Shown: piece after piece, positions 19,850 to 30,749 of the stretch | Position numbering within the stretch: position 1 is the stretch's first letter | How the letters are laid out: each line of letters opens with the position of its first letter | NCBI GenBank assembly: GCA_046075565.1 | Contig: JBJTQJ010000108.1 | Location: 1 to 64,000, forward strand | From: Verrucomicrobiales bacterium | GTDB taxonomy: Bacteria > Verrucomicrobiota > Verrucomicrobiia > Verrucomicrobiales > SLCJ01 | Reading direction: 5' to 3' | DNA: 64,000 nucleotides | The notes under the pieces: generated by a model | The model's database searches: none | Told to the model about the DNA's origin: nothing | Seen by the model: the letters and a program-made list of their open reading frames with translations, nothing else | Position numbers and translations under genes: made by a program

Positions 19850-20293
19850 TCAGGATTTATCTCCACCCGATTCATAGGCTTCCTCTGCGGCATGCCAGGC
19901 AAGGGTGGCGCATTTGATGCGGGCCGGGAACTTGCGCACGCCCGCGAGGGCCGCGAGGTCGCCCGCGGACTCGAGATCGAGGTTCGGTTCGGCGGGGCCG
20001 GCGAGCATTTCCACCACTTCGGCGACACGTTTTTCGATATCCTCGGCCGGGCAACTTTTGAGTCGTTCGGTCATCATCGAGGCCGAAGCGCGGGAGATGG
20101 CGCATCCATCGCCGTGAAAAGCAACGCCAACAACCACCCCGTTTTCCACCTTCAGGAAGACGCGAATCCTGTCGCCACAGAGGGGATTGTAGCCCTCGGC
20201 CTCGTGGGTGTAGCCAGGTAGTTCCCCTTCGTTGCGGGGTCGTTTGTTGTGGCTCAGGATGATTTCCTGATAAAGATCCTGCAAATCTTCCAT
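19850..20293 (-). CDS. sufU: SUF-system Fe-S sulfur-transfer protein SufU (IscU/NifU family)
   Basis: LYQEIILSH, NPLCGD, GCAISRASASMM and PARIKCATLAWHA. Confidence 0.93.
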   Translation of the reverse strand: MEDLQDLYQEIILSHNKRPRNEGELPGYTHEAEGYNPLCGDRIRVFLKVENGVVVGVAFHGDGCAISRASASMMTERLKSCPAEDIEKRVAEVVEMLAGPAEPNLDLESAGDLAALAGVRKFPARIKCATLAWHAAEEAYESGGDKS

Positions 20294-20362
20294 GTTGATA
20301 CCAAACGCCCGCCGCGGCCATCCCGCAAGCACGGTTTCACCGTGGAAATCCGGTTCGACGAG

Positions 20363-20812
20363 TCAGAGGGACTTCACTCCCGGGACTTTCTTCTCCAACA
20401 CCTCCACCTTGACCGGTGTCAGCCCCCGGTTGTAGAAACCCAATTCCTTGGCGGCGGCCAAACTCACATCAATAACCCGTCCACGCTTGAAGGGCCCGCG
20501 ATCGGTGATCTCGACCACCACTGATTTCCCGGTCCGCTCATCAGTGACCCTGACCGGAGTGCCGAAGGGAAGCTTCCGATGGGCGGCGGTCATCTTCTGA
20601 TCACACAGCTTGCGCCCGCTCGCCGTGCGGGTTCCGTGATTCGTGCGCACCGAATACCAACTGGCGATACCTTTCTCCGTGCGGATTACCTTGCCGTAGC
20701 AAAGACCGCCTGCGGTAGTTTCGGCAGTGCTCTGGCAAGCGGTGAGCCCCCCAAGGAGAAGGAAAGTTATGGCCATCAGGCCCGGCAAGGTGGAAACGGT
20801 GCGGGATTTCAT
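20363..20812 (-). CDS. rlpA: RlpA-family lytic transglycosylase lipoprotein (DPBB)
   Basis: Lipobox LTAC, GIASWY, TASG, TAAHRKLPFGT and DRGPF..GRVIDVS. Confidence 0.92.
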   Translation of the reverse strand: MKSRTVSTLPGLMAITFLLLGGLTACQSTAETTAGGLCYGKVIRTEKGIASWYSVRTNHGTRTASGRKLCDQKMTAAHRKLPFGTPVRVTDERTGKSVVVEITDRGPFKRGRVIDVSLAAAKELGFYNRGLTPVKVEVLEKKVPGVKSL

Positions 20813-20993
20813 GGTCGGATTGGAGAGCCAAACTGTCGCATCGCAGGCGAAAATGGCAAACCGAAAAAAATACCGAACGGTGTGTATTCTTTCGAATTCG
20901 TTCTTTGCCTGATGGCGCGGATACTGCTTATTAGTCGTTCCGGGGAATTTCCACAAGGTCTTTCCCGATCCTGACATTTTTCTTTACCAACGC

Positions 20994-23459
20994 ATGCCAA
21001 CCGAACCAACTTTTACCAGCCGTCTCGATCAAACGCCTTCCGGACTCGGGCTTCTCACCCGGCACCACTTGAAATTCACCCTCGCGAGGGACAAACAGAC
21101 CGCCAGCCGGCGCGACTGGTGGGTGGCCACTTCGAAAGCCGTGCAGAGCGTGATTGTCGAGCGGATGATTGCGACCCAGGCCGCCCACCACCGTGCCAAT
21201 GCCAAGCGCATCTATTATTTCTCGCTGGAATTCCTGATGGGCCGCCTCTACTCGAACAGCCTCCACAGTGCCGGAATCTTCGAGGCCATGCAGCAGGCGG
21301 TGCGCGACCTCGGCATGGATCTCGACCTCCTCCGGGATGAAGAATACGACATGGCCCTCGGGAACGGTGGCCTTGGTCGACTGGCCGCCTGCTTTCTCGA
21401 TTCCCTCGCCACGCTGGATCTTCCCGCCATCGGTTACGGCATCCATTACCACTACGGACTCTTCAAGCAGGAGTTCCGCAACGGCTACCAAGTTGAATTG
21501 CCCGATGAATGGATGAAATTCGGCACCCCATGGGAGATCATGCGTCCGGAATACCAGGTCAGCATCCCCATTTACGGCTACGTGGAAAACCTTTTTGACG
21601 ACCGCGGCAATTATTTGCCGAAGTGGAATGGAACGAAGTCCCTCGTAGGTGTGCCTTACGACATCCCGGTGCCGGGCTATGGAACCACCACGGTGAATTT
21701 CCTCCGCCTCTGGGAATCCCGCGCGCCCGAAGAGTTCGACTTCGACGCCTTCAACAGAGGCGGATACGAGGAAGCGGTCTACGAAAAGAACATGTCGGAG
21801 ACGGTTTCCAAAGTCCTCTACCCGAACGACAAAACGGAGAGCGGCAAGGAACTCCGGCTCATCCAACAGTATTTCTTCGTCGCGTGTTCGTTACGCGATA
21901 TCATCCGCCGGTTCAAGAAAACCAACGAAGAATGGGCAGACTTCCCCGAAAAGACGACCATCCAGCTCAACGACACCCATCCGGCTGTTGCCATCGTCGA
22001 ATTGCAGAGGTTGTTGCACGACGACTACCAGCTTCCTTGGGAGGAGGCCTGGGGTATTGTCACGCGCACGTTCGCTTACACCAACCATACCCTCCTGCCC
22101 GAAGCGTTGGAGAAGTGGAGCGTGACGCTGTTTGAGAAAGTTCTCCCCCGCCACCTCCAACTGATTCTCGAAATCAACCGGAGATTCCTCGACGAGGTCG
22201 CCACGCACTGGCCCGGCGACACGCAAAAACTCGGCACCCTCTCGCTGATCGAGGAAGGCGGGGAAAAGATGGTTCGTATGGCCCACCTTTCCGTCGTGGG
22301 AAGTCATTCGGTAAACGGCGTGGCCGCCCTTCATACGGAGTTACTCAAAAAGGATCTCTTCCCGGAATTCAACGAGTTCTACCCCGGCAAATTCAACAAC
22401 AAGACCAACGGCATCACCCCGCGTCGCTGGTTGTTGGCCGCCAACCCGCGTCTTTCAAGACTCATCACCGACCGGATTGGTTCGGGCTGGGAGCGTGACC
22501 TGGACAAATTGCAGGAATTGGAAAATTTTGCCGGGGACACCGGATTCCAAGAAGAATTCATGGCCGTCAAGATGGCGAACAAGATCGACCTCGCCCGGAT
22601 TATCCGCCGCGAGTGCGGGATTTCCGTGAATCCGGCCGCTCTTTTCGACGTGCAGATCAAACGCTTGCATGAATACAAGCGTCAACATCTGAACCTGCTT
22701 CATATCCTCGCCCTCTACCGGAGATTGCTGCAAAACCCGGACCTCGACATCGAACCTCGTGTCTTTGTTTTCGCGGCCAAAGCCGCCCCCGGCTATGACA
22801 TGGCCAAAACCATCATCAAGGCCATCAACGCCGTCGGCCACACCATCAACAACGACCCGCGCGTGCGCGACCAACTCAAGGTCGCCTTCTTGCCGAACTA
22901 CCGTGTTTCCCTCGCCCAGCGCATCGTGCCGGCCGCCGACCTGTCGGAACAAATCTCGACCGCGGGCAAGGAAGCATCCGGCACCGGCAACATGAAACTC
23001 GCGCTGAATGGCGCCCTGACCATCGGCACGCTCGATGGGGCCAACGTCGAGATCCGGGAAGAGGTCGGGGACGACAACATCTTTATCTTCGGCATGACCG
23101 TGGATGAAGTGCAAGACCTCGTTTCTCGCGGCTACAATCCGCGTGCCTTCTACGAGGGCAATGAGGAGCTACGCGCCGTTGTGGACTGGGTCGGCTCGAA
23201 CTACTTCACCCCTGATGAACCTCATGGCGTATTGCAATCGCTGCACAATGATCTCATCAATCACGATCCCTTCCTCGTGCTCGCCGACTACCAGAGCTAC
23301 AGCGATTGCCAGGAGCGCGTGAACCTCGCCTTCCGCGACCGCGTGCGCTGGGCCCGCATGGCCATCCTCAACACCGCCCGCGTCGGCAAATTCTCCAGCG
23401 ACCGCACCATCGCCGAATATGCGCGGGACATCTGGAAAGCCCAACCCGTGAAGGTATGA
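20994..23459 (+). CDS. glgP: Glycogen/alpha-glucan phosphorylase (GT35)
   Basis: [44 protein letters not shown] and EASGTGNMK (PLP lysine). Confidence 0.97.
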   Translation: MPTEPTFTSRLDQTPSGLGLLTRHHLKFTLARDKQTASRRDWWVATSKAVQSVIVERMIATQAAHHRANAKRIYYFSLEFLMGRLYSNSLHSAGIFEAMQQAVRDLGMDLDLLRDEEYDMALGNGGLGRLAACFLDSLATLDLPAIGYGIHYHYGLFKQEFRNGYQVELPDEWMKFGTPWEIMRPEYQVSIPIYGYVENLFDDRGNYLPKWNGTKSLVGVPYDIPVPGYGTTTVNFLRLWESRAPEEFDFDAFNRGGYEEAVYEKNMSETVSKVLYPNDKTESGKELRLIQQYFFVACSLRDIIRRFKKTNEEWADFPEKTTIQLNDTHPAVAIVELQRLLHDDYQLPWEEAWGIVTRTFAYTNHTLLPEALEKWSVTLFEKVLPRHLQLILEINRRFLDEVATHWPGDTQKLGTLSLIEEGGEKMVRMAHLSVVGSHSVNGVAALHTELLKKDLFPEFNEFYPGKFNNKTNGITPRRWLLAANPRLSRLITDRIGSGWERDLDKLQELENFAGDTGFQEEFMAVKMANKIDLARIIRRECGISVNPAALFDVQIKRLHEYKRQHLNLLHILALYRRLLQNPDLDIEPRVFVFAAKAAPGYDMAKTIIKAINAVGHTINNDPRVRDQLKVAFLPNYRVSLAQRIVPAADLSEQISTAGKEASGTGNMKLALNGALTIGTLDGANVEIREEVGDDNIFIFGMTVDEVQDLVSRGYNPRAFYEGNEELRAVVDWVGSNYFTPDEPHGVLQSLHNDLINHDPFLVLADYQSYSDCQERVNLAFRDRVRWARMAILNTARVGKFSSDRTIAEYARDIWKAQPVKV

Positions 23460-23460
23460 C

Positions 23461-23540
23461 GAAGTGGAACGAAATCAGGGGCTACTGGCGTCCAAGGTGC
23501 TGAGTTCAGTGCCCGAAGAGCCCCTGTTCTTCGTTCCTTC
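23461..23540. terminator. Long imperfect hairpin between convergent glgP and recQ
   Basis: GAAGTGGAACGAAATCAGGGGCT pairs with AGCCCCTGTTCTTCGTTCCTTC. No clear U-tract. Confidence 0.5.
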
Positions 23541-25551
23541 ACCACTCCCGTCCGCCGCGTTTGCCCCCCTTTTTCCAAAAGGGAAAGCCGGAGGATTTCT
23601 TCTTTTTCCCATCGGCGCTGCCTCCAGCCTTGGCTGATTTCTTGGCAGCGGACGGGCGTTTCGGCGTGGGCTTCATGGATTCGGCACCCGGCCAATCCAA
23701 TTCAGCAGGCTTTTCGCCGCGCATGACAGCTTCTCCTTCGGAGGTGAGACCTAACAACGGGTATTCGCCCGAAGTATCGGTCGCCACCAGCCCGGCTTTC
23801 TCCATTACGTCGAATAGATCGCGGATGTAGTTTTCTCCCGCTTCCTTGAGCAATCCGAAAGTCGATAGGGTATTGAGTCCTCCGGGTTCGAGGTCGGCGG
23901 ATTTTGATCCCACGAGCATGGCGGTGATCTTGCGGCGGCCGAATCTGGCGGTGTATTTGCCATCCTCTTTCCGGCAGCACCGTGCCACCCCGCTCAAGGC
24001 CATACGCAACCACGTCTCCTCGCGTAAGGTTCCCGGCCGTGCCCCTCCCCCACCCTTCTGGAGACAAGAGTCGCAGCGCCCGCAGGATGGGGCATGTTTT
24101 TCACCGAAGTAATCGAGCACCCAGCCTTGACGGCAATGGTTGCTATAGGCGAAGGCGACTACCGAATCGAGGCGCGCGCGATCGCGGCGTTCCTTCTCCC
24201 GTAAGGCGGCTCCATCCACTTTCAGTTCGGAAGCGCGCAAATCGGGATCAAGCAGGCGTGTGCCGCGTTTGCGCTGGCCGGGCACATCGAAACGCTCCAC
24301 GGCACCGTTACGCGCGAGGAAGGCCAGGGAGCTGGAGACAGCCATGCCATTGCGGAGTTCCATGTGCTCGGTCAGTTCTTCGATGAAAAGATGAACCTCA
24401 TGGTGGTTGTCGGAAAGGTTGCGCAACGTTTGATAGACATCACGGATGGTTTTTTCTCCCGGATTGGCACCCTCGATGAAGAATTCCTGGGTGCGCGTGT
24501 CCGCGTAGTTGAACAACATCTCGCAATGACCGGGTTTTCCGTCGCGCCCGGCGCGTCCGGCTTCCTGATACCAAGCCTCGACACTGCCGGGCAATTCCCA
24601 ATGCACGACAAAACGCACGTCGGCGCGATCGATGCCCATGCCAAAGGCATTGGTGGCGACCGCGATATCCTTGCGGCGCTCAATAAACTCATCTTGCGCG
24701 CGCTGGCGCGCCTTGTCATCCATGCCGGCATGGTATTCCACGGCCTTGATCCTCGCCTTGCGGAGTTGCGCCCCGACATCCTCGACACTCTTGCGCGTGG
24801 CGCAGTAAATGATGCCGGTTTTCCATTCGCGGATGAGCTCGATAAGCCGTTCGATTTTGTCAGCCTTGCCACCGACATGCTTGATGTGGAAGGCGAGATT
24901 GTCGCGGGCGAAGCCGCTGACCAACTCGAACGGCTCAGCCAAAGCGAGCGTCAAGCGGATGTCGTCACGCACCAATGGCGTGGCCGTCGCTGTAAATGCG
25001 GCGACTGGAGGCATGCCGATCTTTTTCCTCGCCTCGCCGAGGCGGAGATAATCAGGGCGGAAATCGTGCCCCCATTGCGAGAGGCAATGGGCTTCGTCAA
25101 TCGCCATCAGCCGGACCGGCACCGTCGAAAGGGCTTGGAGGAAAACCTGGGAACGGAATCTCTCGGGTGCGACATACACCAGCTTGTAGTGGCCGTTCTT
25201 CATGGCATCCAGCCGCCGCTGCTGCTCCGGCCAATCGACCATGCTATTGATGACAGTGGCCGGTATACCCTTTGCGTCCAACGCATCCACTTGGTCCTTC
25301 ATGAGCGCAATGAGCGGCGAAACCACAAGGGTAACTCCATCCATCATGAGGGCGGGCAACTGGTAACAGAGCGATTTGCCACCGCCGGTGGGCATGACTG
25401 TCAGCACATCACGGCCTTCGAGAATGGCGAGCACCACTTCGTCCTGACCACCGCGGAAGTGGTCGAATCCGAACCATTTCTCCAAGGCTTCCTGAGCCCG
25501 CGCACGCAGGTCGGCGGTTTTCGCGGAAGGTTTGGGGCCGGATTTCGCCAT
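23539..25551 (-). CDS. recQ: RecQ-family ATP-dependent DNA helicase
   Basis: MPTGGGKSLCYQLPA, DEAHCLSQWGHDFRP, QEAGRAGRDG, Zn-binding CR..CGRCDSC and an RQC-like region. Confidence 0.95.
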   Translation of the reverse strand: MAKSGPKPSAKTADLRARAQEALEKWFGFDHFRGGQDEVVLAILEGRDVLTVMPTGGGKSLCYQLPALMMDGVTLVVSPLIALMKDQVDALDAKGIPATVINSMVDWPEQQRRLDAMKNGHYKLVYVAPERFRSQVFLQALSTVPVRLMAIDEAHCLSQWGHDFRPDYLRLGEARKKIGMPPVAAFTATATPLVRDDIRLTLALAEPFELVSGFARDNLAFHIKHVGGKADKIERLIELIREWKTGIIYCATRKSVEDVGAQLRKARIKAVEYHAGMDDKARQRAQDEFIERRKDIAVATNAFGMGIDRADVRFVVHWELPGSVEAWYQEAGRAGRDGKPGHCEMLFNYADTRTQEFFIEGANPGEKTIRDVYQTLRNLSDNHHEVHLFIEELTEHMELRNGMAVSSSLAFLARNGAVERFDVPGQRKRGTRLLDPDLRASELKVDGAALREKERRDRARLDSVVAFAYSNHCRQGWVLDYFGEKHAPSCGRCDSCLQKGGGGARPGTLREETWLRMALSGVARCCRKEDGKYTARFGRRKITAMLVGSKSADLEPGGLNTLSTFGLLKEAGENYIRDLFDVMEKAGLVATDTSGEYPLLGLTSEGEAVMRGEKPAELDWPGAESMKPTPKRPSAAKKSAKAGGSADGKKKKSSGFPFWKKGGKRGGREW

Positions 25552-25602
25552 GAGGGCGGAGTTTACCGCCTCCCCGGCAATAGGGCAACATCTGAACGCT
25601 GG

Positions 25603-26517
25603 TTATAGCGAGATCCAGGCGTTGTGCAGGTATGGTTCCCCCGTAAAATCGGGAGGCATACCTCCCCAGTCGATGAGGAAACGACGACCCGCGGTCGCGC
25701 ATCCCCGCCGGATCTGGTCTTCGAAACCTTCGCGGGCAAGCCGCCGGCAATTCGTTGAACAAAATAGCCATCCTCCTGGGACAGTCACGCGGGCTGCCGC
25801 CGCCACGAGTTCGTGGAAGTCATTTTCCACCTTCCAAACCCGTCCGCGATTGCGGCTGAACGTGGGAGGATCGAGCACGATGCCGTCGAATTGGCGCCCC
25901 TTGCGTGCGAAGAGCGTGAGATAATCGAGCGCATCGCCCTTGGGAAAATGATGCGCCGAGGGATCAAGTCCATTATTTCGGAAGTTCCGCTTGCCCCATT
26001 CGAGCGCGGGTGCTGATAGGTCCACGCTGCTTGTTTCCGCACCGGCCATGGCCGCTGCGACGCTGAACCCGCAGGTGTAAGCGAACAAATTGAGAAATGC
26101 CTGCCCGGGGCGCATCGACTCCCTGACCTGCAGGCGGTTTTCCCGCTGGTCGAGAAAAAGGCCTTGGGAATATCCCGTGCGAAAACTGATCTCGAATTGG
26201 ATGCCATTCTCCCGAATCAAGAACGGGTCGGGCAGGGCCTCGGCAGCCTCGGTCAGGAGAATCGGGTCGCTTTTTTCCTTCGCATCGAGGCGTTTCCACC
26301 AGACCGGCAGGCATTCGGCCACCAGACATTGCCGCCAGGCCTCGGCCAGCGGGCCAGGCGTCTGGGCCAACCAACGACCGGCAAAATACTCGATCATCAA
26401 GCCTGGATCACCGTCACCAAGGCCGTCGAAGGCGCGAAATGCGGAATCTTCTCCAAATCCCTGCGCTTTCCGCTTTCGTTTTGCCGCATCCAGTAGTTCC
26501 TTTTCCGGTTTCCACAT
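25603..26517 (-). CDS. Class I SAM-dependent rRNA methyltransferase (RlmI/RlmK-like)
   Basis: GLFLDQRENR, LNLFAYTCGFSV and IVLDPPTF. Start 26517 chosen from promoter spacing. Confidence 0.85.
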   Translation of the reverse strand: MWKPEKELLDAAKRKRKAQGFGEDSAFRAFDGLGDGDPGLMIEYFAGRWLAQTPGPLAEAWRQCLVAECLPVWWKRLDAKEKSDPILLTEAAEALPDPFLIRENGIQFEISFRTGYSQGLFLDQRENRLQVRESMRPGQAFLNLFAYTCGFSVAAAMAGAETSSVDLSAPALEWGKRNFRNNGLDPSAHHFPKGDALDYLTLFARKGRQFDGIVLDPPTFSRNRGRVWKVENDFHELVAAAARVTVPGGWLFCSTNCRRLAREGFEDQIRRGCATAGRRFLIDWGGMPPDFTGEPYLHNAWISL

Positions 26518-26538
26518 AGTCACAAACATGCCGATTTT

Positions 26539-28500
26539 ATGAACGCTCTCCAAGAAAAACTCGATGCCGCTGTCGCCTCCGGTTCACTCCTGCCCGCCAG
26601 CCGCGAAAATATCCTCGCGCTGCTCTCCGCCACCGATAACCCCGTTTATCCCGCCGCGGTTGGAGAACTGGTCGGCGCCGGGCAATGGACCGAGTTGAAT
26701 GATCGGTTCTTCCGGACCCTCGCCTTCGGCACCGGCGGACTGCGCGGACGGACAATCGGTCGGGTGGTGACAACCGCCGAACAAGGCTCGGGCGGCCCGA
26801 ACGGTCGCCCGGAGCATCCATGCGTGGGCACAAACACGATGAACTTCCACAACGTGTCGCGAGCCGTCCAGGGCATGATTTCCACGGTAAAGGCTTTCCT
26901 CGCCGAATCCGGAATCCATCGGCGCCCGCGGCTGGTTTTCGGTCATGACACCCGCCACTTTTCACGCGGTTTCGCCGAATTCTGCGCGAAAGTCTGCACA
27001 GATCTTGGATGTGACGCCTGGCTGTTCGCCGCCGAACGTTCCACCCCACAGCTTTCCTTCGCTATCCGCCACCTTGGTGCCGACGCCGGGGTCGTCTTAA
27101 CCGCCAGCCATAACCCACCTCACGACAACGGTTTCAAAGCTTACTTCAATGATGGAGGCCAGCTTGTCGAGCCTTATGCCACGCGAGTGATTGAAGCGGT
27201 GAACGCCATCCACAATCCCGCCTACACCACGCTGCCGGAAGAAGAACGTGGTGCCCTGACCATCATGGGCTCGGAAATCGACGAGGCTTACATCACACGC
27301 CTGACCGGTCTCGTGCTGGAACCGTCCCGTTTGTCCGGAGGGCCGCGGCCGAAGATTGTTTTCACCACGCTGCATGGGACCGGCGGCCGCATCATCCCCG
27401 GCGTGCTGAATAGGCTCGGATGTGAGGTGGATACCGTGTCCGCACAGGACAGCCCGGATGGAAGATTTCCAACCGTGACCTCGCCGAATCCCGAAAATGC
27501 CGAGGCCCTTCAACTTGCCATCGAACAAGCGGAAGCCACCGGAGCGGATCTGGTCATTGGCACGGACCCGGATTGCGACCGCATGGGCGTCGCTGCACGG
27601 GATGCCGGGGGCAAGATGGTGCTGATCACCGGCAACCAGATCGGTTCTCTTCTCGCCTACCACCGCACACGCACGTTTTTCCAACAGGGAGTTTTGAACG
27701 ACGGGAACCGCGAACGCGCCACGCTGATCAAGACATTCGTCACCACCGATCTCCAATCTGCCATCGCCAATCATTATGGAATCGGATGCGTGAACACATT
27801 AACCGGTTTCAAATACATCGCGGAAAAGCTCCGCAAATACGAGACGGCTATTCCACGACATGTCTACCGCGACTACACCTCGCTCGATGAAAAAGAAAGC
27901 CGCAGTTTGCGGCTCGAACATTCCCGCTTCTTCATCTTCGGCGGTGAAGAAAGCTACGGCTACCTCGGCAGTGATTCGATCCGTGACAAAGATGCGAACG
28001 GCTCCGCGGTCATGTTCGTCGAGATGGCATGTTATGCCATTTCCATCGGACTGACCGTGCCCGGATTGCTCGATCTTGTTTACCGGGAATTCGGATATTT
28101 CCTGGAAAAGAACCACTCGAAAACCTTCGAAGGAGCCGAAGGAGCAGCTCGCATCGCCGCTCTGGCCGCCTCCTACGCGGGAGAGCCTCCAACCGAAGTG
28201 GATGGCAGCAAGGTGACCAACATTCGCGATTTCAACCGCGATACCCTGCACGACGAGGAAGGCGACTCTATTCCGAAGGAAAAAATGCTCTTCGTCCAAT
28301 TGGCAGATGGAAGATCCTTCGCCGTCCGCCCGTCGGGAACCGAGCCGAAAATCAAATACTATCTGTTTGGACGACAATTGCCGCCAACGGGAGGAACTCT
28401 CGACGCCGTCAGCCTCGAAGCAGCGAAGCACAGCGTCGGAAACACCCTCGCCTCGCTCTGGAAGTGGCTGGATGAGGACATCACACGCCGTCTCGCCTGA
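26539..28500 (+). CDS. pgm: Phosphoglucomutase/phosphomannomutase
   Basis: FGTGGLRG, TASHNP (phosphoserine), DPDCDR, EESYG and RPSGTEPKIK. Confidence 0.93.
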   Translation: MNALQEKLDAAVASGSLLPASRENILALLSATDNPVYPAAVGELVGAGQWTELNDRFFRTLAFGTGGLRGRTIGRVVTTAEQGSGGPNGRPEHPCVGTNTMNFHNVSRAVQGMISTVKAFLAESGIHRRPRLVFGHDTRHFSRGFAEFCAKVCTDLGCDAWLFAAERSTPQLSFAIRHLGADAGVVLTASHNPPHDNGFKAYFNDGGQLVEPYATRVIEAVNAIHNPAYTTLPEEERGALTIMGSEIDEAYITRLTGLVLEPSRLSGGPRPKIVFTTLHGTGGRIIPGVLNRLGCEVDTVSAQDSPDGRFPTVTSPNPENAEALQLAIEQAEATGADLVIGTDPDCDRMGVAARDAGGKMVLITGNQIGSLLAYHRTRTFFQQGVLNDGNRERATLIKTFVTTDLQSAIANHYGIGCVNTLTGFKYIAEKLRKYETAIPRHVYRDYTSLDEKESRSLRLEHSRFFIFGGEESYGYLGSDSIRDKDANGSAVMFVEMACYAISIGLTVPGLLDLVYREFGYFLEKNHSKTFEGAEGAARIAALAASYAGEPPTEVDGSKVTNIRDFNRDTLHDEEGDSIPKEKMLFVQLADGRSFAVRPSGTEPKIKYYLFGRQLPPTGGTLDAVSLEAAKHSVGNTLASLWKWLDEDITRRLA

Positions 28501-28602
28501 ACCCGGCGGTGGAATACATCCTAAAAGGCTGCCCTGCGGACCGAAGGCCCCCGTGTGCAGAATGATGGTGCTGAACGGCCGCAGACCACTTTGAATTCCG
28601 GG

Positions 28603-29529
28603 TTAAACCCGGAACAGGCTGGTCACGGACTCGCCATTGTTGATCCGCTCGATGGCGGCGGCCAGCAAAGGCGCCACAGTCAGCGTGGTGACTTTGTCAC
28701 CTCCACAGGCCATCGGGACGCTGTCCGTGCAGATGAGTTCCTCAATGGCCGAATTGGCGATCCGGGACAAGGCAAGCTCGTTCAAGACGGCATGGCTGAC
28801 TCCGGCATAAATCCGGCCCGCTCCATGTTCCTTCAAAATCTTCGCCGCGGCCGTGAGCGTGCCCGCTGTTTCGGTGATATCATCAACGAGCAAGACATCG
28901 CGCCCCTTCACCTCGCCGATGACATTTGTGGCCTCGACTTCTGTTGCCGACACCCGGTGTTTGGCCACGATGGCCAAATCCGCCCCCAAAGCCTCGGAAT
29001 AAGCGCGGGCCATTTTCACACCACCGACATCCGGCGAAACCACCACCAGATTCTCGTTCAATCCTTTTTCCCGCAGATAGCGGATCAACACTGGTGCGGC
29101 ATAAAGGTGATCCACGGGTATATCGAAAAAGCCTTGAATCTGTGCGGCATGCAGATCCATCGTGAGCACCCGGTTGACACCGGCGGCGGTCATGAGATTG
29201 GCCACCAATTTGGCGGTGATTGGCACACGGGGCTGATCCTTTCGGTCCTGCCTCGCGTATCCGAAGAACGGAAGCACCGCCGTAATCTGCTGGGCGCTCG
29301 CACGACGGGCCGCATCAACCATGATGAACAATTCCATCAGATTCTGGTTCGTAGGCGGGCAGGTCGGTTGGATGAGGAATACATTCTGCCCCCGGACGTT
29401 CTCATTGATTTTTACAAAAGTCTCTCCATCGGGAAACGCGTCCACCCTCACGTCGGTCAAATCAAGGCCGAGTTCCCGGGCAATCGCCCGGGCCAGTTCG
29501 GGATGGGCATTTCCAGTAAAAAGTTTCAT
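28603..29529 (-). CDS. prs: Ribose-phosphate pyrophosphokinase
   Basis: FPDGE, YARQDRK, DLHAAQIQGFFD, SPDVGG and VDDITETAGTL. Confidence 0.97.
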   Translation of the reverse strand: MKLFTGNAHPELARAIARELGLDLTDVRVDAFPDGETFVKINENVRGQNVFLIQPTCPPTNQNLMELFIMVDAARRASAQQITAVLPFFGYARQDRKDQPRVPITAKLVANLMTAAGVNRVLTMDLHAAQIQGFFDIPVDHLYAAPVLIRYLREKGLNENLVVVSPDVGGVKMARAYSEALGADLAIVAKHRVSATEVEATNVIGEVKGRDVLLVDDITETAGTLTAAAKILKEHGAGRIYAGVSHAVLNELALSRIANSAIEELICTDSVPMACGGDKVTTLTVAPLLAAAIERINNGESVTSLFRV

Positions 29530-29580
29530 GGTCGGTTGGGGGAGCGAAGAGGGAGATGGTTTAGGCAGATGTGGCCCAGT

Positions 29581-30690
29581 CTAGCGTCGGTTCAACCGTC
29601 GGAAAAGGAAGAATCCTAAGGAAAGGAAGAGGGCATTGGGCAACCAGATGAGAACATGGGGCAGAACTTTCTGCGTGTTGAACGTATCGCCTATGATGAT
29701 AAAGATGAAATATGCACTCGCCAGAGCCAGGCTGATGGCAAATCCCGCCGCCGTCTCGCGACGTTGGGCTGTCACCCCCAGAGGGATCCCGACCAGACAA
29801 AACGTTACACACGCGAGCGAAAAGGAGTAGCGCTTGCTCAGTTCGACACGAAAGGGATTCACCTGCTTTTTGTCAAGTTGGAGACCATCCTTACCTTCGA
29901 GACAAGCCCGGATCTCATCGTTCGTGAGCGCGGCAGCTTTAAGTCTGCGATTGTGCAATTTGCTCAAGTCATACGGGGGCAATTCGGCCATGCCCGCAAG
30001 AATCCGGGTCATTTTTCCGGTGTAATCATCACCTGAGGTGGCGGCCAAGTAGAGATCCTTCATCGCGAAATTCATCTGGAGTTTATCCAGATCCGCCTTC
30101 ATCACACCTTCGCGCGCATGGACAAACTTGACCGCGGTGTGCTCGCCATCCGTCTCGAAGACTGTCACGTCCTTCATTCGATCTCCATCTTTCTCCCGAA
30201 AGTAGATCACATTGCCTGGAAACGAGGAGATCACCTGATCGGGCACAAGGATGGCGGCAGGATTGCGCGCCGCCATGTCGAAAACCATGCTTTCAATTGC
30301 TGTTTTCGCCCGAGGGGCTATCGAGACATTGATCCAGAGACAGAACAGCGAAAAGGCCGCCGAAATGAGAATCACCGGCCCACTGAGCCTGAACATGCTG
30401 ATTCCCGCCATGCGCAAAGAAACCAGTTCGCTGTCGGCGGATAGGCGCCCATAGACAAGGAGCACTGCCGTCAGAAATCCCCAGGGGATGGTGAAGACAA
30501 GCGAGAAGGGCATCACATAGAGGATGAACTTCAGGAAGTATTCGAGCGTGACCGTATTGTCGACCAGGCGGGGCAGCACTTCCTTGAAGATGTTCCCCAG
30601 AACCAGCACGAGGCAGAGGACAAAGACCCCGAACAGGGTCGTGCCCAGGACTTGTCCCCCGATATACCGGTCGAGAATGCGGATGCGCAT
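29581..30690 (-). CDS. LPS export ABC transporter permease, LptF/LptG family
   Basis: MRIRILDRYI, GRLSADSELVSLRMAGIS, three N-terminal plus three C-terminal TM helices, and WLPN. Confidence 0.9.
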   Translation of the reverse strand: MRIRILDRYIGGQVLGTTLFGVFVLCLVLVLGNIFKEVLPRLVDNTVTLEYFLKFILYVMPFSLVFTIPWGFLTAVLLVYGRLSADSELVSLRMAGISMFRLSGPVILISAAFSLFCLWINVSIAPRAKTAIESMVFDMAARNPAAILVPDQVISSFPGNVIYFREKDGDRMKDVTVFETDGEHTAVKFVHAREGVMKADLDKLQMNFAMKDLYLAATSGDDYTGKMTRILAGMAELPPYDLSKLHNRRLKAAALTNDEIRACLEGKDGLQLDKKQVNPFRVELSKRYSFSLACVTFCLVGIPLGVTAQRRETAAGFAISLALASAYFIFIIIGDTFNTQKVLPHVLIWLPNALFLSLGFFLFRRLNRR

Positions 30691-30749
30691 CACCAAATGA
30701 AGCCCTTATCGATGCTTCCGCAAAGGGAGATTGCCGCAAAAGGGCGGTT

